Below, in pieces: positions 24,531-38,650 of a stretch of DNA of 64,000 nt. Both the position numbers and the translations under genes were made by a program. A model generated the notes under the pieces. It saw only the letters and a program-made list of their open reading frames with translations. It was not told the DNA's origin and made no database searches. Origin of the DNA: Octopus sinensis (taxonomy: Eukaryota); NCBI RefSeq assembly GCF_006345805.1, contig NC_043012.1, positions 39,184,001-39,248,000 of the forward strand. The letters are read 5' to 3'. Positions within the stretch are counted from its first letter, which is position 1, and each line of letters begins with the position of its first letter.

Positions 24531-25160
24531 GAATACTCGAGTGCTATTCTTTGCAAATGGAGATAATTTTACTTCATAGAATCTATTTCTGATTTTATAT
24601 TACTTATATATTTTTTCATCTGCATTATTTTAATATTTCTCATGATGTCGCAGAAAAATTTACAAATATGTTTTATCGAATTTCCATTGTAAATCACTTC
24701 GGCTTTCGCTACGAAAACTGCTAGCTAGCAGTCTGAGTTGCTAGAGGTAGCAGCCAAAATTGTCTTGATTTCTCTTTATGCCATAAAAACAAACCCAAAA
24801 TAGGAAGGAACGCATTATATAAAGAAGCCTCACAGTTATTATACTCCGTCACAAAAACAGAAATACTAGGATTAATGTACCAGTAATATTCCATGTAGAA
24901 AAAATGTAAGTCAGAAGTAGTGTTGGCCACGGTTGTCTTTGATCATACATCTGTTTGATCAGCACTAAACGAGTAGAAAACATCAAAACCGGCAACAAAT
25001 AAGAATTTACTGAAAAACAAAAAGAAAGAAATTATATTTTCTCTGAGCAGAATCGACACAAAGCTTTCTCTACATTTCATTTGCAACGCAATTTAGACGA
25101 AGGTTAACTAAATGCTGTAGTTTTCCCCCCACTTTTTACTAATAATACTACTACTACTAC

Positions 25161-25209
<49 letters not shown>

Positions 25210-25854
25210 ATTATTATTATTATTATTATTATTATTATTTGTGAAATTCTGGCTGCAGCGAACGTAATTACGTGATAACGGTTTCTCTAACTTACTCCAG
25301 TACCTATTACAGGCTTTGAACGTGCGCAATGCTAGTATCATTTAATTTAACAACTACCGTTTTTGTTTGTATGAAAACAAAAACAACGATAAAGAAAAAG
25401 AAGAAAAAAGTAGAAGGAAATGTCTCTTCTATCCAAATTGTTCTCCAGAATCTTCAATGGAAAACGATGGAATTAGCTTTTCTTCATTCATGCTTTGTTC
25501 TCGTATAAAATCATAGCTGTTGAATGTGTGTGTACATGTGTGTGTGTGTTTGTGCGTGGCAGTATGTGTATAGAAATGTGAATGTATGTTCGTGTACGTA
25601 CACATATATGCAAAGATTCATGCAAGCTAGTATAACTAAATGCATGCATATATGTATATGCGCATGCAAACGCACGTGTATACAAACGTATATGCATGAG
25701 TACACACTTAAATGCATAAATAAACACACACACATACGCTAATACATATGTACATATATGTATACGTACAAACACATAGACCCACATACGTGCATACAGA
25801 AAGACATACGCATAATATATGTGTATATGTATATATATATATAGATATATATAT

Positions 25855-25909
<55 letters not shown>

Positions 25910-25966
25910 ATATATATATATACACATACACACACACACATATACATATATATATATATATATTAT

Positions 25967-26065
<99 letters not shown>

Positions 26066-26255
26066 ATATAAACACCTAATTCTATGGACGTTTTATAAAT
26101 TCGTTTTTGCCTCGTTATCACCATCTGCGTCTGATTGGAGATTGAACACACTCTCTTTCCATTGTCTGCCTATTTTTTTTTCACCCACATTTTCATTCAT
26201 ACTACACATTCACTCCCCACAGCTCCGTCAGTCTCCGTCCGTCTCCGTCTCTACT

Positions 26256-26287
<32 letters not shown>

Positions 26288-26678
26288 ACTCACTCACACA
26301 TTCACTCACTCACGCACAATCTCCTCCTATTTGATAAGCAATACCCAGCGTATTCCAGCCGCAGACATTTTGGTTCCACCATTTTTTTTTCAGTAATTTT
26401 ACAAACTCTCTCAATAATTACTTCTATCCTTGCTTTTTTTCTCATATTTTTTGTCTTTTTTTTTATTATTGTTATTACTGATGTTAGCAGTCTTGTAGTT
26501 TTTGTTGTTGCCTTTGTTATTTTTTTGTAGTTGTTCTTTTTGTTGTTTCTTTTAAATATTTGTTGGTCATGCTGTACATTTGTGCTGTAACTTTCCATTA
26601 CTCTATTTCCTATTTATCTGTTCTTTCCCTCCATTTGTTTATTCATTTACTTATCCATTTCTCTATTATTAATATATG

Positions 26679-26709
<31 letters not shown>

Positions 26710-26752
26710 TATATATAATACATATATATATATACACACATATATATATATA

Positions 26753-26806
<54 letters not shown>

Positions 26807-27739
26807 TATATAAACATATATATATTATATATATAATATATTATATATATATATATAAACATATATATATATATACATGTGTATACATATATATATATAT
26901 ATGTGTATTTACGTATGTATTTACGTATGTGTTATGTATTTGCATATATATATACATATGTATGTGTACATATAAACATTTGTGTGCGTGCGTGTTCGCC
27001 GTGTGTGTGTGAGACCGTGTGTGCATGTGTGTATTTGCATGTGTGTGTGTGTGTGTGTCTACGTGCGTGTGTGTGTGTGTATATGTGTGTATGTGATTGT
27101 AGTGCATTACAATAGGAAGAAACAGAACTCGATGAGAGGAGCATCTCTATGTTCATTTTAGTCACCGAGAGATTACATAAGTGGTTGAAGGGCTGAGAAT
27201 ATCGCGTATCAACCTTTATGAAACTCGTAATAAATGACTGTACAAAACTCGTGATATTAGAGTTCGCTTTGTCCTTTCACACGCACACAGGGACACACAC
27301 AGGCACGAAAACACACACACACACACACACGTCTAAACGAGAGATGTGAGATCTCAATACCATGTCTAGTTTATGTTTATTAAGAGTTGATGGTTCACTT
27401 CGTTGTTATTCCATGTGTCGCACAGCTCTACGTTTACGTTTAAGAATGTATGTGTGGATGCGGTGTATGTATGTATATGGGTGTGACTGTATATGTATAT
27501 GTGGGTATGCGTGAGTGTATGTGTTTGTGATTGTCCTTGCCTGATTGTGGGATGGGGTGGTTTGCCAGTGCCTGTTAGCCTGAGTGCGTGTGCCTACGTG
27601 CCCTGTGTTAACATCCTCATACCAGCATCATTGGTGTGACAGTGCTCAAGCCATTCCATTTGTTCACCTAAATGAAAGCCACCTTCTTATTTCCCTATTT
27701 TCCGCCATAATATATTGTATAATCATGTACTGTAAACAT

Positions 27740-27930
27740 TCTTTTCTACTCTAGGCACAAGGCCCGAAATTTGTTTTTGGAGGAGGGAGACCAGTCCATT
27801 AAATCGAGCGCAATACGCAACTGGTACTTCATTTATCGACCCCGAAAGGATGAAATGCAAAGTCGATTCCGGCGGAATTTGAACTCAGAACGTAATGACA
27901 GACGAAATACCGCTAATCATCTCGCCCTGC
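27740..27930 (-). mobile_element. SINE family 1 copy
   Basis: CTGGTACTTCATTTATCGACCCCGAAAGGATGAAA...GGCGGAATTTGAACTCAGAACGTAA. Confidence 0.8.
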
Positions 27931-29329
27931 GTGATGTACTGTAAATATTGTTTCTAAATATCTGCACATATATTTCACAGGGAATTTTTGTGCCTCCAAT
28001 GTCGTTTTCGTGTACAAGTTGACCCACCAATTTTAGCTGCAAATCTCGGTCTGAAATATTCGACTTGCATAACGGGAAACACGTTAAGTGACAAAATCTC
28101 ATACAACAACATCAACTAAAAACAATAACAAATAGCTGGAAAAAGTACAATCAACAGCGTACGCATTTACGTTGTGTTGACCATCTTTCTAACAGTTCTT
28201 GACCACAGGTGTCTTTCTGTTTCCTGAGTCTTTCGTGCCGGTATAATCACCGCACAATTCTAACATATACTGGAGTGAGTTGATCTCCAGTCTTGAAGTT
28301 TTCGAACAGGCAAATATCTGCCATATCACGGTCACACTGATATGCGTCCTGAATCAGTTTACAGGGAACTTTTCCAGGTTTGGGTATCCTCCTCCACCCT
28401 AGACTGGGTCATGAAAGGAACTCTCTACTGGCCATCTCATCAGAGAATCATTGAATAAGAAAGATACAATGAAAGAAGTTCCTCATTGGTGCTTGTTACA
28501 ATGGGATGGAGATGTTGTTTGGAGATGGTGGGACTGCGCGGTTGTCCAAGTGCTCTGAAGAGGTCACTCAGAAGACGTCAAATAATTCGGATTCAAAAAC
28601 AGGTGAGTAGCGTAGATTGAACGACAGAGTGGAAACATGTTGTGGCCAGCGATGTAGGTCAATAAACAAAAAGGCAAAAGAATATTTTTATATAAATTAT
28701 ATTCGACTGACAGGAATTTGCGAAATGTGGATACAATTCTTTGTTTTATTTAATTCCACCTGTATTATTGCTGCAATGTGGCATAAGTCAGACGCATCAG
28801 ATCACAGAGTGTTTAGAAACGATGCATATATTTTCTCTAGATACGCCATGCTTTCAATAACTAACAAACTGCATATTTCCATATGAAGTGATTATTTTCA
28901 TTGTCTAGAATTTTGCATTCTATAGACGCCGTGTACTATTTCCAGGCTGTTTAGCCTATATCGGTTCACCTATATTTCCATTTCTATATATTGAGCGGTT
29001 TTATACTTAGCAGCACAAGTTAACCGAATTTGCAGGCGAGTTAAACGTTGTTAGCTGTTGCTTCTAATGATTAATGTGACTTCCCATGGTACAATAATTA
29101 TTGCTGAGACTCATTTTCTTCTCCTCTTCCTTCACTCTCCGTTTAGTGAAACACTGCTTTGGGCGAACAACGTCTGCTTGTAATTATGTAACTACTCTAA
29201 ATTTATTGTACTTAAAGTGTTTATGGATATTAACGATGGGTGCTCACGAACCTGTTTCGCTATACCTGCAATATACTACTACAAATATTACTACTACTAC
29301 TGATAAAAAAATAATCATAACTATTAGCG

Positions 29330-29540
29330 CTTTCTAATTTAGTTACAGAGCCAGACATTTTGAACGAATGGTTTAGTCAATACCATTGACAGCAGTACTT
29401 CATTCTTTTATGGACTCCGGAGAAAATAAATTATAAAGTTGACCGCAGCGGGTTATAAACTCAGAAAGTAGAGAGCCAGAGTACCTCCTGCAGGGCATTT
29501 TTCTCGATGATCTAGCGATTTCGTCAGCACACTGCCCTAT
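29330..29540 (-). mobile_element. Highly decayed SINE family 1 copy
   Basis: AGTACTT...AAAGTTGACCGCAGCGGG...AACTCAGAA...GATTTCGTCAGC. Confidence 0.5.
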
Positions 29541-30653
29541 TTAATATAAATATAATAACGATTTGTTTTACAGGCCACAAGGACTTCAGGGCCTTTGGAA
29601 CAATAGAAAGAAGAAACATAAATAAAAACAATAAAGAAGAAACAGTTGGGAATGAAATGGAGTGTAAAGGGTGAATGATAAAAAAAAAGACATCAACAGA
29701 TAATTATAAATGTGAAAATAGAACGAGAGCGGATCTTACAACTAGGTGCAAGCACATGGTGTAGCACGCATCTTCCCTCATCCATGCAACCACCGATTCC
29801 CCTGAAATACAGACAGCGATTTCATTTTCTTGGTGCTTGTATCCAGCCTACAGTTGCTTACTTAGTGAAGTTCTGTTTAACGACCCACAATTTCGTTATT
29901 TACAACAAACCTTCTAAAAGTTTACGCGGAGCAAGCAATTCACTCGCTTACTTCAGATTTTTATCCTACATTTGATGTAAACATACACGGAAACGATACA
30001 TGGACGTTGAACAAAAATGCCGGATGTTTCATAAAACAGAGCGCAGTAGGGTTTGGTTAGAAACGTCTCCAATACGATCATACTTCTATCATGTGATCCT
30101 GAACATGTGACTCTGCTGTTTCTTCTAGGTCGAAGCCCGAGGAGCCAGCTTCCCTAGTTGTATCGCATAATGATTTGTAGTCATTAAAATTAATTTCTGT
30201 GCAAATATGACATCTATTCATCTTAATCAAGACACTACTTTTGTTAATGTCGCCATACTTAATTTCTACCATGGCCCTCACCCAGTGAAACGCTGGAAGT
30301 TTGGATTTCAACACTTATGAAACGTTCGATAACTGAAATACTAATTCTCTATCTGCTAGAACTAACAGTTTAAGCGTCGTCAAGTGATAAACTAGTTCTC
30401 AAAGTATAAAGTTGTGGTATTAGTTTCAAATTCTGTCACTCAGCCAGCAATTTATTTGGAGATTTTAAGTCGATTTCGAAATAATTAAAGGCAAAATCAA
30501 CATCGGCGGAATTTGAACTCAGAACGTAAAGACGGACGTAAAGACACATACACACACACACACACACATACACACACACACACACACATACACACACACA
30601 CACACACACACCACACACCACAAAAAAAAATATATATATATATATATTTTAAA

Positions 30654-30687
<34 letters not shown>

Positions 30688-31065
30688 GCACATACACACA
30701 TATATATATATACATATATATTATATATATATACCACATACACACATACACACACACATATATATATAAATATTTATATATATATATATATATATATAAC
30801 ATATACATATATATATATATATATATATACACTCACACACGCATACACCCACACACACACACCACCGAACAGTAGTCCGTGGTCACCAAGTGACTGGAAA
30901 GACGTGTTTAAAGCTGATTATTTCCTCACTAAATCTATTTAGTATGCTTAACAGAAATGAAATCTTTCCTTGCCAGTTGCTGACAATTTAGGGTTCCCAG
31001 GTGATGGACAAGCTGACCAAAATACTTCACTTGTTTTAATACCAGCTAATCTTAAGGCAACAAAA

Positions 31066-31260
31066 GTTGGCAGAATCGTTAGCACGCCAGTCAAACTACT
31101 TGGCGACATTTCGTTTGGCTTTACTTTCCGAGTTCTACTTTGCACTTCGTCCTTTGCGGGTTGATAAAAATAAGTCGTAGCTCTTCCCTTCGGGCGATGA
31201 AAGCGACTTTCCCGCCTCACCCGAAATTGCTGACTTCCTGCCGATACTTTAAACCAATCA
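31066..31260 (+). mobile_element. SINE family 1 copy
   Basis: TGGCAGAATCGTTAGCACGCC head; CCTTTGCGGGTTGATAAAA core. Confidence 0.7.
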
Positions 31261-31479
31261 CAGATAATCTTATTTTAGCTACTGAACATACCGCCCCCTA
31301 CACCTCACCGGTTCGTACGCATCTTAATGAACGTTTAGAAGAGGTCCCACTATACATGGTTTATATTATTTTCGTCCGTAGTTGCCTTTTAGAATGCGTT
31401 ATGGCACAATTTCTTAAATCTTTTGCTCTCTGTCCATTTCACTGAATGATATCTCTATTGATATATATATATAATATAT

Positions 31480-31512
<33 letters not shown>

Positions 31513-31728
31513 TATATGGTATTTAAGTAGACAAATGAATTATCTTATTACGGATAATTCGAAGATAACCGATACCTGGGTAGCAAACTCACAACAGAAA
31601 AAGCACGGTTGAAGTTACGACCATAGGGCATAAAATCCGTGCCTTAGTGCGGAAATTTGAAGTTTAATTTAATATATTAAGTATAGGAAAGAATGGAGCT
31701 GAACGAAGATTTAACAAAGTTCCTTTTT

Positions 31729-31814
31729 TATTTCGACATATGTTTCGAAGTCTGCAAAATCCCTAATTCCGAATGAATAAGGAGTCAATTATGCAGCTTT
31801 CTCTTCAGGGAAAA
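31729..31814 (-). ncRNA. Type I hammerhead ribozyme in PLE 3' region (weak stem I)
   Basis: Minus strand: UUUUCC-CUGAAGA-GAAAGCUGCA...UGCAGACUUC-GAAA-CAUAUG-UC-GAAAUA; palindromic stem III ACAUAUGU and GUC site. Confidence 0.75.
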
Positions 31815-32365
31815 CCAGGAACTTAATTCTCCAACAAAATGCACAAGTTTTTCGATGACTGCTCACTAGGAGCCCATAGAGATAATGATAAATATTGTCT
31901 ATTTATAGGGGGTGACGCCAGATTGGTTGAAAGTAGGAGAAAATGTCAGTTAAAATAGGGTTCAATCAGGGTTGGTGAAGGAAGGTAAAGGAAAACTAAA
32001 GTGAGGGAATGTATTCTCTATGACTGGTGTTTATATTTGATTTATTTTATGAATGAGTGCTCGTATGTATGTGTGTGTAAATTTGCCTTAATGTGTGTGT
32101 GTGTGTCTGTGACTGAGTGAATGTATGTGTAGAAGGCAGAGAAAAAGAATTAACGGTCAAGAGGTGAAAAGACTGTGTCTGTGTGTTCGAATGTGTCAAC
32201 TTAAGAGGGAGAGGGTAGAAAGAGCCACAATAGTAATGACAAGAGACAAGGTTACTGCTGGAATTGGTAGTGTTCTTAGCAATTATGAGAAAGTCTTATA
32301 GACTAAAGGGATGAGAAATCACAAATTAATTTAATAGGAAGTCCAGGGGTTATCTATATTAGACT

Positions 32366-32857
32366 TCATTGGTATGAGTGAAAGGTATGATTTTTCCAGT
32401 GAAGGCATCTGAAAGATCGTTCGACAATCGAATTTATTACTTGGCCTCGAGCAAACAGAATATGAAAGAGTTCGGAATTACAGAGGGCACAGATTTTTCT
32501 GCCCTTATCAAACGGTAAGGACACTGATAATATTGACCATTCCAGCTTAAAAGTTGAATTTGCGTTCTTCAAACGCCAGATTAATTTGCTTAGCCCCGTG
32601 GCGTGCTGTTTACTGTTATCACGAAACGTGGAAAAATGATTTGATATCCTTGTGGCTAATTTCGAGGAGGTTGCCCCTATATAGAGGTAGACATCGGATC
32701 CAGTAGAAATTTTGCACTGGTAAGTGGTGTTTCTAATTTTGGAGTTATATGATAGGAACCCTAATCTATTGGGATTAGTTTCCGATACTAATACAGCGTT
32801 CTTATTTCTATGATGGGTGTAAAAATTACTGCTGGATTTGGGCACAATACTATTCAT
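32366..32857 (-). CDS. PLE GIY-YIG endonuclease (partial ORF)
   Basis: TTYQCKI...YIGATSSKLATRISNHFSTFR...TGLSKLIWRLK...WSIL...CALCNSE...CLH. Confidence 0.85.
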   Translation of the reverse strand: MNSIVPKSSSNFYTHHRNKNAVLVSETNPNRLGFLSYNSKIRNTTYQCKISTGSDVYLYIGATSSKLATRISNHFSTFRDNSKQHATGLSKLIWRLKNANSTFKLEWSILSVSLPFDKGRKICALCNSELFHILFARGQVINSIVERSFRCLHWKNHTFHSYQ

Positions 32858-33140
32858 CCTATTTTCATTACTATTTAAGGCAATATCACCTGCACATTCC
32901 CTGTTTCTGGGAATGCTGTGATTGTTATTGTCCGTAAAGCTACTGTTGTTAAAAACGCGGCTACTATTATTGCTGAGACCCCCTCCGTTAATGACCAGGC
33001 CAGTGCTCTTATCCTTATTACTATTAATAACGCGTTATTGGACTCCTTATTCATTCGGAATTAGGGATTTTGCAGACTTCGAAACATGTCGAAAATAAAA
33101 TAAAGGAACTTTGTTAAATCTTCGTTCAGCTCCATTCTTT

Positions 33141-33269
<129 letters not shown>

Positions 33270-33720
33270 TATGCCTACTACTGTCTCGCCCTACCTCACA
33301 CGCCTACATACACCAACACACTAACACATACTATATTTTTTGTTTTTTTATCTCGCCTCACACACACAATACACACACGCACACGCACAACTCACACATA
33401 CACACACATCTGTTGCGTTACCAACCCTGTCTCCACTCTTTTGGCTTTAAAAACCTACTTTGCTCTTGTTATCGTAAACTTCCGCCGTTCACCATGTGTA
33501 CTTCGTAAACACCAGTCGTTTTTTTTTTCTCCTCCATCTCCTGTTGCCCGCTTGGGATCTTTCTTTCCTCTCTCTCCTTCTTTATGTTTCCAACGAAGAG
33601 CTCCGCTCGAAACGTCATACCTTCCTGCTTCCATATTTCCTGAGCGCCTATTAATAATAATACTGTAATTGTTCCACTGTTGTTGTTTTTTTGTTTTCCC
33701 CCGTTTGGATTAAAATTATA

Positions 33721-33801
<81 letters not shown>

Positions 33802-34179
33802 CATACATACATACATACATATATACACGCATATTAGCGTTTGTGTATCTATGTAGGCATATATGTGTGTGTTTATGTATGTATGTCATGTGTTAACCGA
33901 TCTCGGGTTGATCTTCGAAGTAGGTTCTGTGAACAAATTTGTGTTGTTTATCTGAAGTAATTGCGTAGAATTGAAGCACGAAAAATATGACAACAAATAC
34001 GACATGACATCCACATTGCTTTATTCATTCTTCATCATTTATTATTTATGGAGTCATTAAAGAATTTGTCGTGTCTAAATGGTATGCGATCTATTACAGT
34101 TTTAGTGTTGTTGTTGTTGGTGGTGGTGATGGTGGTGATGCTACTACTACTACTACTACAAGTTTTAATAATGGCTTTA

Positions 34180-34378
34180 AATTTTGCCACAAGGACAGCA
34201 ACTTTGGAGAAGGAGATGAGCCGATTATATCGGTCTTAGTGTTTCTCTGGTACTCAATTTATCGATTCCGAAAGGATGAGAGGCAAAGTCGACCTCGGCG
34301 GAATATGAAACCAGAGCATGCAGACAGACGAATGATTGCTAAGTATTTTGGCTGGCGATTCTGACACATCGCCGCCTT
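34180..34378 (-). mobile_element. SINE family 1 copy
   Basis: CTGGTACTCAATTTATCGATTCCGAAAGGATGAGAGGCAAAGTCGACCTCGGCGGAAT...TCGCCGCC. Confidence 0.8.
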
Positions 34379-34440
34379 AATAATAATAATGTCTTCAAAT
34401 TTTGTCACAAGGGCAGAAATTTTGGGGGAGAGCATGAGTC

Positions 34441-34489
<49 letters not shown>

Positions 34490-34499
34490 TAGTAGTAAT

Positions 34500-34750
34500 T
34501 GCTTTTGTCCTTGAAATCACAATATCTCGGCAAAAGAATTGACAATCTCAGAAAATATAAAAATTAGCTCATTGGACCCGATAAAAATGTGACATTTCAA
34601 AGCGGATACCTGTGATTGTAGAATTAGGAATGATCAAAATAAGGAACAGAAAATTATTTGAAAATCATACCTGGCTTATCCTACATGCAAGAAGGGCAAA
34701 AGTTTGTGTTTAACTGGGATGTCGCAGGTATTGAGAAAAACCATTGTCGA
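34500..34750 (+). mobile_element. Decayed RLE-LINE 3' fragment, same older family as 1880-2275
   Basis: AATATCTCGGCAAAAGAATTGAC...GAAAATTATTTGAAAATCATACCTGGCTTATCC matches the reverse complement of ~1960-2130. Confidence 0.6.
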
Positions 34751-34819
34751 CGTAAGCACGAAAATTTCCTATGAATTTTATTTCATTTCATTTACGTTTT
34801 TACTCGTTTTCACTCTTTT

Positions 34820-35080
34820 ACTTTTCTCCTCTTTTACTTGTTTCGGTGATTTGACTGCGGCCATGCTGGAGCACCGCCTTCAGTCGAACCAATCGATCCT
34901 AGGACTTAATCTTTGTAAACCTATTACTTATTCTATCGTTCTCTTTTTGCCCAACCGCAAAGATTCGAGGACGTTAACAACGGTTGTCAAGCGATGGTGA
35001 GAGAACTAATACAGACACACAAATACATAGATGTATATGTATATATACATATATATGTGTGTGTGTATGTGTGTGTGTGT

Positions 35081-35127
<47 letters not shown>

Positions 35128-35310
35128 TGTGTGTATACATATATGTAGTACGGGCTTCTTTCAGTTTCCGTGTACCAAGTCCTCTCACAAGGCTTTGATC
35201 GGCATGAGTCTATAGTAGGAGACACTTGACCAAGATGCCACGCAGCGGGACTGAACCCGGAGCCATGTGGTTGGGAAGCAAGTTTCTTAGCCTACAGCCA
35301 CTCCTGCGCC
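34820..35310 (-). mobile_element. Complete long SINE family 2 with internal (CA)n microsatellite
   Basis: tRNA-like head GGCGCAGGAGTGGCTGTAGG...GGTTCCGGGTTCAGTCCC-like B box, internal microsatellite 35030-35145, tail GGCGGTGCTCCAGCATGGCCGCAGTCAAAT. Confidence 0.85.
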
Positions 35311-35494
35311 CTTTTATTTATCTATGTTCTTTTCACATTTTTTTTCATTTCATTTTGAAAATGAAGAATCTGGTGTTATTAATTGAAAGGCCTGTCAATG
35401 ATTACATTGGATTTCTTTGTCACAGCGTTCGGGAAGACACTCGGTAAGAAATGGAACCAAAATTTAAAGAAAAACCTAATAATAATAATGATAA

Positions 35495-35640
35495 TGATTT
35501 CAAATTTTACCACAAAGACAGCAATTTTGGGGGAGGGGATGAGTCGATGACATCGACCCCAGTCTTCAAATGGTACTTATTTTATCAACCCCGAAGGGAT
35601 GAAAGGCAAGTCGACGTCGTCGGAATTTGAACTCAGTACT
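35495..35640 (-). mobile_element. SINE family 1 copy (5'-truncated)
   Basis: TGGTACTTATTTTATCAACCCCGAAGGGATGAAAGGCAAGTCGAC...GGAATTTGAACTCAG. Confidence 0.75.
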
Positions 35641-35973
35641 ACCGACGGTCGAAGACATGAACAAATTATTATACAGGATGGAATCCAGTTACGGTATTTT
35701 ACATAGAGTGCAACAGAAAATAGAAACAAATAAGAACAAAATATTATCAGGTGTGCTTCAAGCACTTGAAACCTAAGGTTACAGGTAGAAATAAGCGACC
35801 CACATAAATGCTAACAGGAACAAGACCGAAACTGAGGGGAAACAATAACAACAGTAATAATAATATTTCGACATCTCGTGTGTCTTCGACAGGTTCAAAA
35901 ATAAACGAATCAATCTACTTCTTTTTTGGTTAATATTTATAGGATTGATAATAATAAAATAATAATAAAAATG

Positions 35974-36011
<38 letters not shown>

Positions 36012-36079
36012 TATAATAATAATAATATAATAATAATAATATAATAATATAATAATAATAAAATAATTATTATTATTAT

Positions 36080-36110
<31 letters not shown>

Positions 36111-36195
36111 TAATAATAATAATATAATAATAATAATAATTATAATAATAATAATAATAATAATATAATAATAATAATAATAATAATATAATAAT

Positions 36196-36822
36196 GAAAC
36201 TGAAAATAGGTGTGTAAAGAAAAGAATGTATGGTCAATTTCATAGGGATGTTGAAGATAAGACAGACAGAGAAAAAAGATGCCTGTGGATGACTAAAAGT
36301 GATTTAAAACCGGAAACGGAGGCTCTAATCTGTGCTGCCCAAGAGCAAGCACTAAGAACAATCTACATAAAATACAGAATAGACAACACAGCAGAAAGTG
36401 ATAAGTGCAGAATCTGTGGACAAAACGGTGAAACCGTATGGCATATTACCAGCCAATCTACGCCATTAGCCCAGAAGGAATATAAGAGACGCCACGACAA
36501 TATAGACAGGCTTGTCCATTGGACACTTTGCAACAAGTATGGACTTGACAGAGCAAAAAATTGGTTCGACCACAAACCTGAAGACATCATCGAAAATAGA
36601 AATGCAAAGATCCTATGGGATTTTATCATTCAGTGTAACCATGAGATAGAGAATAGGAAGTCGGACATAGTCTTAATCGAGAAAGAAAGCAATCTATGCT
36701 GGATCATAGATATAGCATACCCAGCTAACATGGTATGCGATAATGAAGAAAGTCGAGAGATATGACAGGTTAGCTTGGGACGTTAAGCAGTTGTGGTCGA
36801 TGAAAAAGGTAGCAGTAGTATC
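36196..36822 (+). mobile_element. R4/Dong-like LINE fragment, family D3 (CCHC and RLE)
   Basis: ORF 36226..36765: HGQF-like, LKPETEALICAAQEQAL, CRICGQNGETVWHI, YKRRHD, KILWDF, KSDIVLI, IIDIAYP; (AAT)n on both flanks. Confidence 0.9.
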
Positions 36823-36860
36823 AATAATAATAATAATAATAATAAAAATAATAATAATAA

Positions 36861-37497
36861 AGCGTGCCTCACATTGTTAGTGCTTGTGAATGAGTACAAG
36901 CGTAGACACGACAAAGCAGCCCCAGACCTCCACTGGCTTCTATGCCGTAAGTATGAATATGAGGTTACGTGTGCTTGGTACCAACATACACCGGAAAAGG
37001 TAATGGATGAAAATGGGAAGGCAAAAATACTCTGTGACTTTGACTCCAGACAGATAAGGTATTAGAGCACCGAAGATCGGATTTAGTAACCTTTATGAGG
37101 GACAAACAAGGATGACTAATATTTGACGTGTCAGTGCCAGGTGATCAACATATCATCATGAAAGAAAGAGAAAAGGTTGATAAATATGGAGAGCTGAGAA
37201 TTGAGATCGCCAAAATATGGCTGCTACGATAGTCAAACATAAAGGTTGTCCCTCTTGTCATCGGAGCATTGGATTCAATACCACTCAATCTAAAGAAAAA
37301 ACATCTGAAAACTTTAGAAATACCCTTCAATTTAGATGTATTGCAAAAGTCGGCATTACTTGTAACTGCACGGATATTGCGTAAAGTACTGTCTGTCTGC
37401 GCTCCTTGTCGTGACTTGACAAACAGTACAATCCCCCGGTGGACACAATATCTTCAATCGACAGCCTCTCGATACTGTATACTGTGCGACGTCTACA
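36861..37497 (+). mobile_element. R4/Dong-like LINE 3' fragment, family D4 (frameshifted RLE and 3' UTR)
   Basis: EYKRRHDK..LHWLLCRKY...WYQHTPEKV...KILCDF; LQKSALLVTARILRKVLSV; (AAT)n on both flanks. Confidence 0.85.
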
Positions 37498-37515
37498 ACA
37501 ATATTAATAATAATA

Positions 37516-37564
<49 letters not shown>

Positions 37565-37622
37565 TAACGATAACGATAACGATAACAACAACAACAATAA
37601 CAACAACAACAACAACAACAAC

Positions 37623-37654
<32 letters not shown>

Positions 37655-37688
37655 TAATAACAATAATAATAATAATAATAATAATAAC

Positions 37689-37720
<32 letters not shown>

Positions 37721-37748
37721 TAATAATAATAATAATAATAACAATAAC

Positions 37749-37793
<45 letters not shown>

Positions 37794-37886
37794 GATAACG
37801 ATAACGATAACGATAACAACAACAACAATAACAACAACAACAACAACAACAACAATAATAATAATAATAATAATAATGATAATAAC

Positions 37887-37951
<65 letters not shown>

Positions 37952-37961
37952 TAATAATAAC

Positions 37962-38025
<64 letters not shown>

Positions 38026-38050
38026 TAATAATAATAACAATAATAATAAC

Positions 38051-38094
<44 letters not shown>

Positions 38095-38116
38095 TAATAA
38101 TAATAATAATAATAAC

Positions 38117-38209
<93 letters not shown>

Positions 38210-38276
38210 GATAACGATAACGATAACGATAACAACAACAATAACAACAACAACTATAATATAATATAATAATAAC

Positions 38277-38365
<89 letters not shown>

Positions 38366-38423
38366 GATAACGATAACGATAACGATAACAACAACAATAA
38401 CAACAACAACTATAATAATAATA

Positions 38424-38494
<71 letters not shown>

Positions 38495-38600
38495 TAATAA
38501 TAAGATAATAATAATAATACTGATAACGATAACGATAACGATAACAACAACAATAACAACAACAACTATAATAATAATAATAATAATAACAATAATAATA

Positions 38601-38648
<48 letters not shown>
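37498..38648. repeat. 1.15-kb compound (AAT/AAC/GAT-AAC)n array with higher-order duplications
   Basis: The block GATAACGATAACGATAACGATAACAACAAC recurs five times (~37563, 37794, 38209, 38366, 38522). Confidence 0.9.

Positions 38649-38650
<2 letters not shown>

Noticed and set aside
37269-38494. Long ORFs (331, 333 and 249 aa) of poly-N/I/L/Y
   Set aside because: Translation of stop-free trinucleotide repeats; the same applies to the many YI/CV/HT/IYLS ORFs across the window.
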